Virus record (IMG/VR): IMGVR_UViG_3300020473_000017
Direction: 5' to 3' (one strand)
From: a virus
DNA: 64,000 nucleotides
The notes below the pieces were generated by a model that did no database searches, was not told the DNA's origin, and worked only from the letters and a program-made list of their open reading frames with translations. A program made the translations under genes and the position numbers. Positions 25,691 through 35,100 of the stretch are shown here, piece after piece (the stretch's first letter is position 1; each line of letters opens with the position of its first letter).

Positions 25691-27379
25691 TTAGCGATAC
25701 TCCCACATAAAGTTTCTATCTCCATATTCATCTACCTTCCAGTTTTCTGGATCCTTTTCATTCATATCGACAGTCCAAATGTTTCCTTCAGTATCTACTA
25801 TCTGTTCATCTTCCAACCCATCATCGATAAAACCAAAGGGAGCCATATCCTGTTCTATCTGATTCTTCTGCTCTTCATATATTCTTTTACGGATATCTTG
25901 ATCCGTCATCTCTTTAAAGTATTCTTGCTGTACTAACCAAGCAAATATAACGAGACACATCACAAGGTCGTCGTTGTATCCTTCGTCAGCTTCAAAGGAT
26001 TGTTTGTTTTGAATGAAGGTAGTTAACTCAGCAACAATGTTATAATCCTTAACAAGTAACTTATCATCTTCTATTAAATGCTTCAAGTTAGAGCACCCTT
26101 GTGCTTTAACTGTCTTACTCATCTTGACACCCATCTGGGTCTTAGTACCTGAGAATCCCTGACCTACTATTTGACCTGCTCTACCACGCATAGCACACAT
26201 GAGAACATTCTCATACTCAATATCATAAAATAAACTCGAAGCAACTGCTTCTCCAATATCATTTACTTCTATAAGAATATGTGCATTATTATAATTTGTA
26301 CCAACATTATACATTACGTTGGGGAATAACATAGGTCTTACTTCATTACTCCTATACTTAGCAACCAATGACCATGGTGCTTTTGTTATATCAATGACTA
26401 CAAAGGCAGAGTAATCCTGTGATAAACCACGAGATACGTCAACACATATGATGTAATCATGACCATCCAAAGGATCTTCATAAACATCTAATCCAGCATT
26501 TTTTACAATTGGGTCGTCATAAACTAATGTTCTCAGTTTAGCAGCCGATATTAAAGTGTCAACAGATCCTAAGAACTCACACTCAAACTCTTGAGTGAAC
26601 TGTCTTTCGGATGTATTGGCAATAGTTGTCTCTTTCCATTTAGCATCTCGACCAGGCACTTTACTCCAATGTACCTCAGTCCATGCATATCCATTCCTAC
26701 CTTTCTGAGCATCAACCCAAAGTTTGTAGAAATGATTCATCCCATATGGAGTTGAGATGATGATGACTTTCGTTTTTGTACCAGACGTAATAGTAGGATA
26801 AACAGAACTAAAGAATGCTTCTGCGATATGATTTGGGATAAAGGCGAACTCGTCGAGGAAAATGATATTGAACGACATGCCTCGGACAGCACTTGCAGAT
26901 GTAGAAGCTGCCAAAATCTTTGATCCATTTTCTAACTCCATGCTACCTTTGTTGTACACAACAATACCCTGTTGTAGCCACAAAGGTAATTGTTCATATG
27001 CTAATTGCAATCTTCCAAGCAAGTCCCTAGCAGTGGATAACTTGTTTGCAAGAATACCAATATTAACATTATCATTAAACAAAGCATAATGAAGAAGATA
27101 AGACACACACGTAGTGGACTTACCAGTCTGTCGAGGTAACTTTGCTATATTGAATCTATTGTTATGAAATTTTTCAATCAGTTCTTCCTGAAAATCCCAC
27201 ATTGAAAATGGAACTATACCTTCATCAAGAGATATGATCTTGATATAGTTCCTAGTGAAATAGATAGGATCATCCTTGCACTTAAGATACTCCTCAATTT
27301 GTTCTTGAGTGAATTGTATCTCAGTACCAACCTTTTTAAGATTGGGGTTACCTAAGTAAAAATCTGATTGATCTGCCAT
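25691..27379 (-). CDS. gp17: Terminase large subunit gp17
   Basis: YLGNPNLK, PRQTGKST, FLDEFAF, STPYG.NHFY, VDVSRG...DYSA, DDLVM. Confidence 0.98.
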   Translation of the reverse strand: MADQSDFYLGNPNLKKVGTEIQFTQEQIEEYLKCKDDPIYFTRNYIKIISLDEGIVPFSMWDFQEELIEKFHNNRFNIAKLPRQTGKSTTCVSYLLHYALFNDNVNIGILANKLSTARDLLGRLQLAYEQLPLWLQQGIVVYNKGSMELENGSKILAASTSASAVRGMSFNIIFLDEFAFIPNHIAEAFFSSVYPTITSGTKTKVIIISTPYGMNHFYKLWVDAQKGRNGYAWTEVHWSKVPGRDAKWKETTIANTSERQFTQEFECEFLGSVDTLISAAKLRTLVYDDPIVKNAGLDVYEDPLDGHDYIICVDVSRGLSQDYSAFVVIDITKAPWSLVAKYRSNEVRPMLFPNVMYNVGTNYNNAHILIEVNDIGEAVASSLFYDIEYENVLMCAMRGRAGQIVGQGFSGTKTQMGVKMSKTVKAQGCSNLKHLIEDDKLLVKDYNIVAELTTFIQNKQSFEADEGYNDDLVMCLVIFAWLVQQEYFKEMTDQDIRKRIYEEQKNQIEQDMAPFGFIDDGLEDEQIVDTEGNIWTVDMNEKDPENWKVDEYGDRNFMWEYR

Positions 27380-27380
27380 A

Positions 27381-27542
27381 CTAATGGGTCGCTAGCCACT
27401 CCTCCGCTTCCTGCTTGGTATTAAAGAAATGAAGGTGTCTGTTTAATTGTAGAGTATATTGATGATCAACTTGATCATACCCTATGATACCTTCATAGTC
27501 GATCCAATCAGGATCAAGACGATCTTCTGGAACTGTTGTCAT
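27381..27542 (-). CDS. Small hypothetical protein
   Basis: MTTVPEDRLD...; fills the gap before gp17; start set at ATG 27542. Confidence 0.55.
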   Translation of the reverse strand: MTTVPEDRLDPDWIDYEGIIGYDQVDHQYTLQLNRHLHFFNTKQEAEEWLATH

Positions 27543-27669
27543 GGCTCGGGACCTCCGATTTCTTGAGCTCATATTCTAGCATAGATCTAAGCAATTTGGA
27601 TCTAGTAGAATCCCCGAATGCTTCGAGGACTTGTAGTTCAGATTGTAATTCGGCAATTCGCTTATCCAT
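27514..27669 (-). CDS. Small hypothetical protein
   Basis: MDKRIAELQSELQVLEAFGD..RSKLL.SMLEYE; start set at ATG 27669. Confidence 0.6.
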   Translation of the reverse strand: MDKRIAELQSELQVLEAFGDSTRSKLLRSMLEYELKKSEVPSHDNSSRRSS

Positions 27670-27685
27670 TATATAGGTCCGTATG

Positions 27686-28219
27686 TTATTTTTTCTTGTT
27701 GTGTTGAGCCCACGCAAATGCGTATGCTTTGTCTTTTCCGACTTTCTTTTTTAAAGATTTAACTTGTTTCTCTCTTCCAGGAGGTGCATCCTCTCCGAAG
27801 ATACCACCAACTGCAGGTGGTAAAGATTGTTTACTACTATCAGCTGACCAATGACCATCTGAAATATTTGGTTTAAGAGGTTTCTTACCTCCACCTTTCT
27901 TTTTCCAGTTAGATGACTTTTTTGTTTTTGCTGCTAAACCTGCAGAACCCCCATCAGTCTTTGCTGCTAAACCTCCTCCACCACCAGAGATTGATGCTAA
28001 AGATTCATTAGTCATGAATACAGTTCCATCAGTAGGATCTGATTCATGATATTTAATAACCCTACTACCAGGATAGACACTCTGTGCTATCTTCTGTGCT
28101 TGAGGTCTTTGAAGTTTTTGTAACTTACTTCTAAACACAGTGATATCATATTCTCTACCTCGCCATACGAGGGTGAGAACGTAGTACCTCCCGTACATTG
28201 TAGGGATGCGTGATGCCAT
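27686..28219 (-). CDS. Basic low-complexity protein, candidate internal head protein
   Basis: Lys/Gly-rich segments, duplicated GLAAKT, C-terminal E-DAPPGREKQVK.LKKK...AYA.AW.QHNK. Confidence 0.65.
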   Translation of the reverse strand: MASRIPTMYGRYYVLTLVWRGREYDITVFRSKLQKLQRPQAQKIAQSVYPGSRVIKYHESDPTDGTVFMTNESLASISGGGGGLAAKTDGGSAGLAAKTKKSSNWKKKGGGKKPLKPNISDGHWSADSSKQSLPPAVGGIFGEDAPPGREKQVKSLKKKVGKDKAYAFAWAQHNKKK

Positions 28220-28476
28220 TATGCGGATATAGCGTTGCAGTCTTTATCATGACGCTGATACGCAGCAGGAGTTCTAGCAGTGTTGTTAGTATTCCTTGCC
28301 TGATATGTACCAGGTGTTCTCGCAGTATTGTCAGTATTACGAGCTTGATAATCTGCATTCCAATTCTTGAAGGTCTTGGTAGACCATCCTTCATTACCAC
28401 TGAACCAATTGACAGTTGTACTGCCTGGTTGTGGACTTACGGGATCACAGTTTTCGTCGTTTCTTTGATATGCCAT
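28219..28476 (-). CDS. 85-aa repeat protein with its own late promoter
   Basis: YQARNT.NTARTP tandem repeat; ATAAATA at 28488-28482. Confidence 0.75.
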   Translation of the reverse strand: MAYQRNDENCDPVSPQPGSTTVNWFSGNEGWSTKTFKNWNADYQARNTDNTARTPGTYQARNTNNTARTPAAYQRHDKDCNAISA

Positions 28477-28480
28477 GTGA

Positions 28481-28960
28481 CTATTTATCGTTTTCCTTAG
28501 ATACCTTTTTCAGCATCTTTTGAAGATCAGCAGTACTACCAACAAACAATGAATTGTTAGTTACTACCTTCTTAGCACTCTCTTCCTTGACAGCTTTCTT
28601 GTCTTTTTGTAGTGCCATTAATTTGTCAGCTACATCTCCGACGTGCTTGATGAGTTGTCCAGCAACTTCATATGCTCTAGGGTGATCAGAAGACATAGCC
28701 AAATCAAGAGCACCGTTGACAGCTTCTTGTCCCTTATCCACCAATAAGTAAAGGTTTCCTCGTGCATACTCATAATCATCCTGTACTTGATCTTGTCCAT
28801 CAACTTTTTTGAGTTGATCTTTTCTTGTGCTACACCCACCTTCAGGTGTAGTACTAACTTCAGTTGCAACTGCTTCTACAGTTTCAAATGCTTCATCCAA
28901 TCCAGAAGTATCATCTTCGATTCTATCTTCTGCTGTTTTTTTCTTTGCCCAATTACTCAT
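28481..28960 (-). CDS. gp16: Terminase small subunit gp16
   Basis: DYEYARGNLY.L..KGQEA, HPRAYEVAGQLIK, NNSLFVGSTADLQK.L. Confidence 0.95.
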   Translation of the reverse strand: MSNWAKKKTAEDRIEDDTSGLDEAFETVEAVATEVSTTPEGGCSTRKDQLKKVDGQDQVQDDYEYARGNLYLLVDKGQEAVNGALDLAMSSDHPRAYEVAGQLIKHVGDVADKLMALQKDKKAVKEESAKKVVTNNSLFVGSTADLQKMLKKVSKENDK

Positions 28961-29954
28961 AATATGCTATGGTTTCTCCAAATCCAAAATCATCATCACT
29001 TGTTAACAGTGCATCATCAGCAGCATCAATTAGATCAACCTTAGTACCAGATGCTGCAGCTGCAGCAGTGGTTCCATTCTGTGCTCTACGTACAGATAAT
29101 TTGTTTGGTGATGTCTTACTCTTGACATAGAATACTTCATTGCCAATCTCAATATAGGATTGAGTAGGAATGTTGCTGTAGTCTTGAACTTCTATAACAA
29201 GATTTCTTGCGGTAATTGCACCTGCAAGTTCTGTAGTACCATCCTGGTCTTTGTCTGTCTTTGCTTTTGGTACAACCTGATAAGCAATCTGCCTTGTCTT
29301 GGAAAGATCGACATCCAAAGTAGTATCGATTTTTGCTTTCTTGATAGGACCAGCAGTTCCAACAGGTCCAAAGATGTAAGACTTGACTGTAAACTGCATA
29401 GTGATTAAGGTTATCTTCTTGTCATCAAAAGAACCTTCGTAATCATCACTATAGTTAATGCTATTTAATATGATAGGAATATCTCTATACTCATTCATGT
29501 CCTCAACCAACTTAATAGTCATCTGATATGATGGTTGAAACACTGGAACAATCTGTTCAGTTATTTCTAATGCTTCATCATTAGTCTTAGATATAATATT
29601 CAATTCAAAATCTATATTATATGGAACAGGAGTGAACTGTTTCTTTACAGCATCCTTAGTATTTGCCTTTAGTGTTAAAGTTGTAGGAGCAAGTTTCCTA
29701 CCAGCATCATATGAGATACCTGTCATTTCAAATGACAAACGAGGAACAGTGATAGCAACCTTCTGGTTGAGATCTGCCTGTTGTTCTAGTCTTGCTAAAA
29801 ATTTCTGTCGAGGACCATAAGCAAGAGGTACCTTCATTCTGCTATAAACAGAACCATCACTCTTTTCTTTACGGACTTCTATATTATTGAATAGTGTACC
29901 AAATCCTATGACGCACTTTCTAATAATCTTATTGTATGTGTATGCACCTAACAT
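28953..29954 (-). CDS. gp15: Tail terminator / sheath stabilizer gp15
   Basis: IRK..IGFGTLFNNI, VPLAYGP.QKFL, PRLSFE, PVPYN, EQI.P.FQP, DDYEG.F. Confidence 0.95.
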   Translation of the reverse strand: MLGAYTYNKIIRKCVIGFGTLFNNIEVRKEKSDGSVYSRMKVPLAYGPRQKFLARLEQQADLNQKVAITVPRLSFEMTGISYDAGRKLAPTTLTLKANTKDAVKKQFTPVPYNIDFELNIISKTNDEALEITEQIVPVFQPSYQMTIKLVEDMNEYRDIPIILNSINYSDDYEGSFDDKKITLITMQFTVKSYIFGPVGTAGPIKKAKIDTTLDVDLSKTRQIAYQVVPKAKTDKDQDGTTELAGAITARNLVIEVQDYSNIPTQSYIEIGNEVFYVKSKTSPNKLSVRRAQNGTTAAAAASGTKVDLIDAADDALLTSDDDFGFGETIAYYE

Positions 29955-31294
29955 TACAAGTTACCTGCTAATCCAAATGGGTTTGTTTCAGTGAAGTCTA
30001 ATATATCATCACCAGCTGTCTCAAAAGTAACAGCTTCAGAATATTTAGGATCTGCTGTTGCCATTTCGTCTCTACTATCTAGCACAATTGTAGCACCAGA
30101 ATCTGAACCCATGATCGTTTCACCTATAACAAAGGTAGCGGTTGGCGACTTCAATTTAATCCAACCCTCCTGTGCTTCCCACTCAACTATCTGAGCAGTT
30201 GCACCAGTAGTACCACCAGTAACTGTTTCTGGAACTTGGAATGTACCTGTTAAACCAGTAGGTGCTGCAGAGAATGTAGCAGTTGCAGACGTATAAGAAC
30301 TACCAGCATTTGTAATATCCACTAACTTAACACTCTTATATCCAGACCCACCATTAACTATATTAAGAGCAGTTAAAACTCCACCAGTAAATGTAGGTGT
30401 TATGACTGCAGGAACAGCACCACCATCAGGGGAACTAACTACTAAAGTAGTTCTATCCTCATCATATCCAGAACCACCATTAACAATCTGAACAGATCTA
30501 ATCTGACCTTCTTTAACAGTACCTCGAATCTCAGCTTGGGTAGTTGGTGTTCCACCACTAAGTGTTATATTACATAGGTATGCTGTTGCTGTTGCATCAA
30601 TACCATCTCCAGAAATAGTAACAGTGGGAACTTCGTTATACTTAGATCCATTATCACTGATATAGATATTCTCTATAGTATTGGTGCTGCTAATAACTGG
30701 AGTACCAGTAGCAGTAATACCATTTGTAGGAAGATAGAAATGCTTGACTGTGTACCCGTAATCGACGAGATCCTCATCACTCTCGAATAGATCACCTTGC
30801 TCATCACTGTACTCAAATAATTCTGCCTTAAGTTTATAAATGTATCCTTTACCTAACTGATAAAATGGTTCTTCATGCTCTACAAATTTTATCTCAAAGT
30901 AATTACTTGTTAGTGGTAGGTATATTAAATCTCCTTCTTGTGGTCTCTCTGGTGCTTGGTAGTCTTTATCTAATAAAAGAAACTGAGAAATAAGATCAGT
31001 AAATCTTTGCTGAGATATAACCATTGTTATCTCATCAGTCTGTGCCACACCAAACTTAGTTAATAGATCTCCACCACCTTGGAATCCATCATAGTTTTCC
31101 ATGTATGCTTCAATAATATATGCATCATTAAACTCACCAATTACTTCCTCATTAAACACACCATCCTTTTCCATAATCTCTCTAGGACAGTAAAGGATAT
31201 CCATCCCATACATCTTAAGAAATTCTTCTGTAAGATCTTGCTGTAAGAACTGTTCGTTCCTAGTACCGTGAGTAAAATAAGTAGTTCTTGCCAT
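29954..31294 (-). CDS. gp14: Neck protein gp14 with an inserted beta-repeat region
   Basis: G.D..Y.PR, IEAY..N.DGF, LTKFG, RP.EGDLIY.P, FEIKFVEHE.PFYQLG, DFTETNPFG. Confidence 0.95.
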   Translation of the reverse strand: MARTTYFTHGTRNEQFLQQDLTEEFLKMYGMDILYCPREIMEKDGVFNEEVIGEFNDAYIIEAYMENYDGFQGGGDLLTKFGVAQTDEITMVISQQRFTDLISQFLLLDKDYQAPERPQEGDLIYLPLTSNYFEIKFVEHEEPFYQLGKGYIYKLKAELFEYSDEQGDLFESDEDLVDYGYTVKHFYLPTNGITATGTPVISSTNTIENIYISDNGSKYNEVPTVTISGDGIDATATAYLCNITLSGGTPTTQAEIRGTVKEGQIRSVQIVNGGSGYDEDRTTLVVSSPDGGAVPAVITPTFTGGVLTALNIVNGGSGYKSVKLVDITNAGSSYTSATATFSAAPTGLTGTFQVPETVTGGTTGATAQIVEWEAQEGWIKLKSPTATFVIGETIMGSDSGATIVLDSRDEMATADPKYSEAVTFETAGDDILDFTETNPFGLAGNL

Positions 31295-32109
31295 TATCCA
31301 ATCATGTCAAGTGGTGGTGTTTCGTAACTACGGATCATTTCATCCTCAAGTTTCTCAATTGCTTGCTTACCTTCATTATAAATGAACTCACCATTCATAG
31401 TAATTCCACCTGGTAATTGTGCTCCTTGGAATTTAATTAAATTTGATCCCCACTGCCTTTTAACTAATGCAGTAACATATCTCTTCATCCAAAGATCATT
31501 ATATACAGCAGCTGTACTGCTAGGATCTATTGCACGATAGACTTCAAGAATCAAGTAATCATTCTCTTTGACATCAGTTTTAAAGTCAAGATCCAAATAA
31601 AGTCTATCTCCTCTCATCTGGAATCTAGTTTGCTTCTGTCCTTCCAGCAAGAAGTATATATCTTCCAACCTACGGTTAACCATTTCGTAAGTAAGAATTT
31701 CTGTATTAGTTAAATCCCAAAGATCATTTAATCTCCACTGATACCTAACATCAAACAAGTTTGTGACATTCTTAGATACAAAATCAAATACTTTTATAAC
31801 ACTAGTGACATGCTCAGGAACTTTAATATAATTATTTTGCTCTTCCCAATTAACTGATATTGCTGATGAAGTTGCAGCAGCTACTGCTGTAGTTGAATCA
31901 GTAGTCATGTCATCAATCATGGCTTGACTAAACTTCACCTTCAAGTGAGTTCTAATATAACCGTCCATGTGACGTTCATTATAAAACTGGATAGCATCAT
32001 CCACTAGATCATCTATCTGATCATCTTCAATATTAATTTCTAATACAGGAGCACCGTTTTGACGTAAAGCGTAGTCAATCAGTCCCTGCCTTGTGGAAGG
32101 AGAAGCCAT
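31294..32109 (-). CDS. gp13: Neck protein gp13
   Basis: LIDYALR..GAPVLEIN, DDAIQF..ERH.DG, KRQWG.NL.KF.G..LPGG. Confidence 0.96.
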   Translation of the reverse strand: MASPSTRQGLIDYALRQNGAPVLEINIEDDQIDDLVDDAIQFYNERHMDGYIRTHLKVKFSQAMIDDMTTDSTTAVAAATSSAISVNWEEQNNYIKVPEHVTSVIKVFDFVSKNVTNLFDVRYQWRLNDLWDLTNTEILTYEMVNRRLEDIYFLLEGQKQTRFQMRGDRLYLDLDFKTDVKENDYLILEVYRAIDPSSTAAVYNDLWMKRYVTALVKRQWGSNLIKFQGAQLPGGITMNGEFIYNEGKQAIEKLEDEMIRSYETPPLDMIG

Positions 32110-32112
32110 GTC

Positions 32113-35100
32113 TTAAGTTGGGTTAACGTTGAATCTAATTCTCACTAGATATGTAGTATTTGCATCAAGATTAACATTACCAGGTAGTGTGTATGCTACT
32201 TTGTTGGTTGAGTTACCAAGAGATTGATGTAGTATAGTTGTAAACTGTGGGTTGTTTACAGGTACTTCTACGTTAGGAGCAAATTGCCAGTCACTAGATG
32301 TATGCTGATATCCAGTCTTCATTGCAATAGGATCAACATTAATCGTTGGATTAAATGCTGGTGTTATTACTTGAATGTCTGGTTGATCAACAATTGGAGT
32401 TGAGAAATTAGCAGCAGAAGTATATGCACTCTCTAATCCATTATTATCTCTGAATTTAACCTGAACAAAGTATGCTGTATCAAAATCTAAAATTGATACA
32501 GGAACAGTAAAGGTTGTTAAGTTACCTGTGTCACCCTGAGCAAACGTTCCACTTGTATCATATACAGTGACGTTATCACTAGTTCTTCTTATCCTCCAGA
32601 ATGTAGAATAATGAGTTGACCCTGCATACTCTTGAATGAAAGCAGAAGTAGTAATAACTGGTTGTCTTGAAAGTGTCTTAGTAGTATCAGCATCAACGGT
32701 TGGAGTTACAGATACTGGTCCAGATACAAACTCAGATTCATTAACAGTAAGAACTACTGCATCAGAAGTTACTGTAGTTGCCTCAGCATTAGATAGAACA
32801 ACTCTGAACTGTTCAGATGGATTTGTTGGGAATACAGTTGCTGGTGATGTATAACTAGAAGCATTAGCTCCATTGATATTAGACCATGATCCACCAGAGT
32901 TAACTGAGTTCTGCCACTGATATGAAATTACATCACTTGTAATTGCAGCAGTAATACTAAAGGTTGCGGTCTGTCCTTCAATAACAGATGTATTAACTGG
33001 TTGCTGACTAATAGAAATAACCCTTAGAACAGTTAATAAACCATGATCTGAAGTTATGTCTGCAGCAGATCCAACAAGAGAAACTACACAACGATAACGA
33101 TCTTCATCATCATCGGCATGTACTAATGTTGGTGTTGTATATGTATTGTTAGTTGCACCACCTACAGACGCATAGTTTGAACCATTATCATCAGATCTTT
33201 CCCACTGATATGTTGGTGTTCCACTACTTGATGTTGTAGCAACAGAGAATACTGCAGTTGCCCCTTCATTTGCAGTTGGGTTGGAAGGTTGTGCTGTAAT
33301 AGAGAATGTTCTTTGTACAGTTAAAGTTGCATTATCTGTATACGCAGAAACAGATGCTCCAGTAGCATCTAACTTACAACGATATAAATCTTGGTTATCA
33401 TCAGCATATGTTAATGCAGCAGTTGTGTATGATGCAGATGTTGCTGAACCAATATCACTCCAGTTAGCTCCAGCATCATCTGATTTTTGCCACTGATATG
33501 TTACTGAAGGTTCGTGATGTGATTGACCTTCAAATCCTCCACCTCCTCCTCCAGAAGGAGTTGTAAAGGTTTCTGTATCAAATGATGAACTAGCAGCATT
33601 ACCACCAAAAGGTTGCATAGTAACATCACCCAAGCAAGTGAACGTTGCAGTAGCATTTTCATTGACTGTAGCATCAGATGGATGAGTTGAAACAACTACA
33701 GTTACAGTTTCTACTTGTAATGTAGCAGCATTACTAGGTATGGTTGTTGCACCTGGACATGCAAGTAAACAACGGTATTGATTCTCGTCGTATGTTGTAG
33801 TTAATGTAGGTGTCGTATATGTTGCTGTTGTACCTCCAGATCCTTCAGTAACATCAGACCATGAAGCACCATCAGTAATAGAAACTTGCCACTGGTATGT
33901 TATATCTCCTGCATCACTATCAGATGTAGTTGCAGCTACACCAAATTGTTCTGTACCACCAACTGCACCAGTAGTATTTGTTGGTTGTGCAGTAATACTA
34001 ATTGTTCTTGTTACTAGACTTCTAGCAACAGAAGAAGTTACGTTTGCTGCACCAGCAGCAGATAAAATACAACGATAATAGTCTCCATAGCTATCATCGT
34101 AGGTTGTAGATCCTGTACTATATGTTGTTGAGGTAGCTCCACCTATAGGACTATAACTTACCCCGTCGCCATTCTCTGATTTCTCCCACTGATATGTGAT
34201 AGCAGCAGAATCAAGAGTACTAGCAGCAACAGTAAATGATGCAGCTGCAGGTGCAACTGGAGCTGAATCTACTGGTTGATTACTTATAGTAATAGTACGG
34301 AATACTGTTAGGGTAGCAGCAGTAGTATATGCAGGGACTACAGCAGTAGTTGTATCTAACTTACAACGATACTGATAAGTGTTCTTGGCAAAATCATCAT
34401 CTACTGTTAAGGTATTTGTTGTTGCTCCACTATATCCACCACCATTAGAAACATCAGACCAACCTACACCACCATTACTTGAGAACTGCCATTGGAATGT
34501 AATGGTAGATCCATCAGAACTAATACCCGAAACAGGACCAAACGTAGCAGTACCTCCAGATCCAGCTTCAACTGAAGTATCAGATGGGTGTTGTGTGATT
34601 GTAACTAGAACACCAGTTCCTGTTGTAGTAAAGCTATAAGATTGAGCATTACCAGTAATGTTCTCAGTTACAGTAAAGTTAAATGTGGTATCAATATAAT
34701 CTGAAGTTACAGTACCACTTAAAGCACCTGTTGTTGTACTTAATGCAAGACCAGATGCTCCAATACTATCTCCACTAAGACTATATGATTCTGCAGTTGG
34801 TTCACTAGCAAATGTAGTTCCCGCTAATCCAAGATCTATATTAACACTTGCACCATTAGCAAATGGAGTTCCACTTACTGCACCTGAAGATGCTTGCCAT
34901 GTTACATTAGTATCAATGTATGGGAAGAATATGCCACGCTTCGTTGTGAGAGGAGATGTATTAGCATCATACTTAAAGTCAACACCACTATCTACTGGGA
35001 AATATATGACATTAGTATAAGTTCCTGTACCAGCAGCTTCTTGTACATCAGTTTGAGATCTTAAAGTTGTTTCTGTTAGAATAACTCCATCTGTACCTTC

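Noticed and set aside
25691-27379. Intron, intein or homing endonuclease in terminase or other core genes
   Set aside because: gp17, gp20, gp23, gp46 and uvsW are uninterrupted and of ordinary length; no HNH, GIY-YIG or LAGLIDADG motifs were recognised.
28255-28350. CRISPR-like or non-coding tandem repeat
   Set aside because: Only two degenerate 45-bp units, in frame within a coding sequence, with no spacers.
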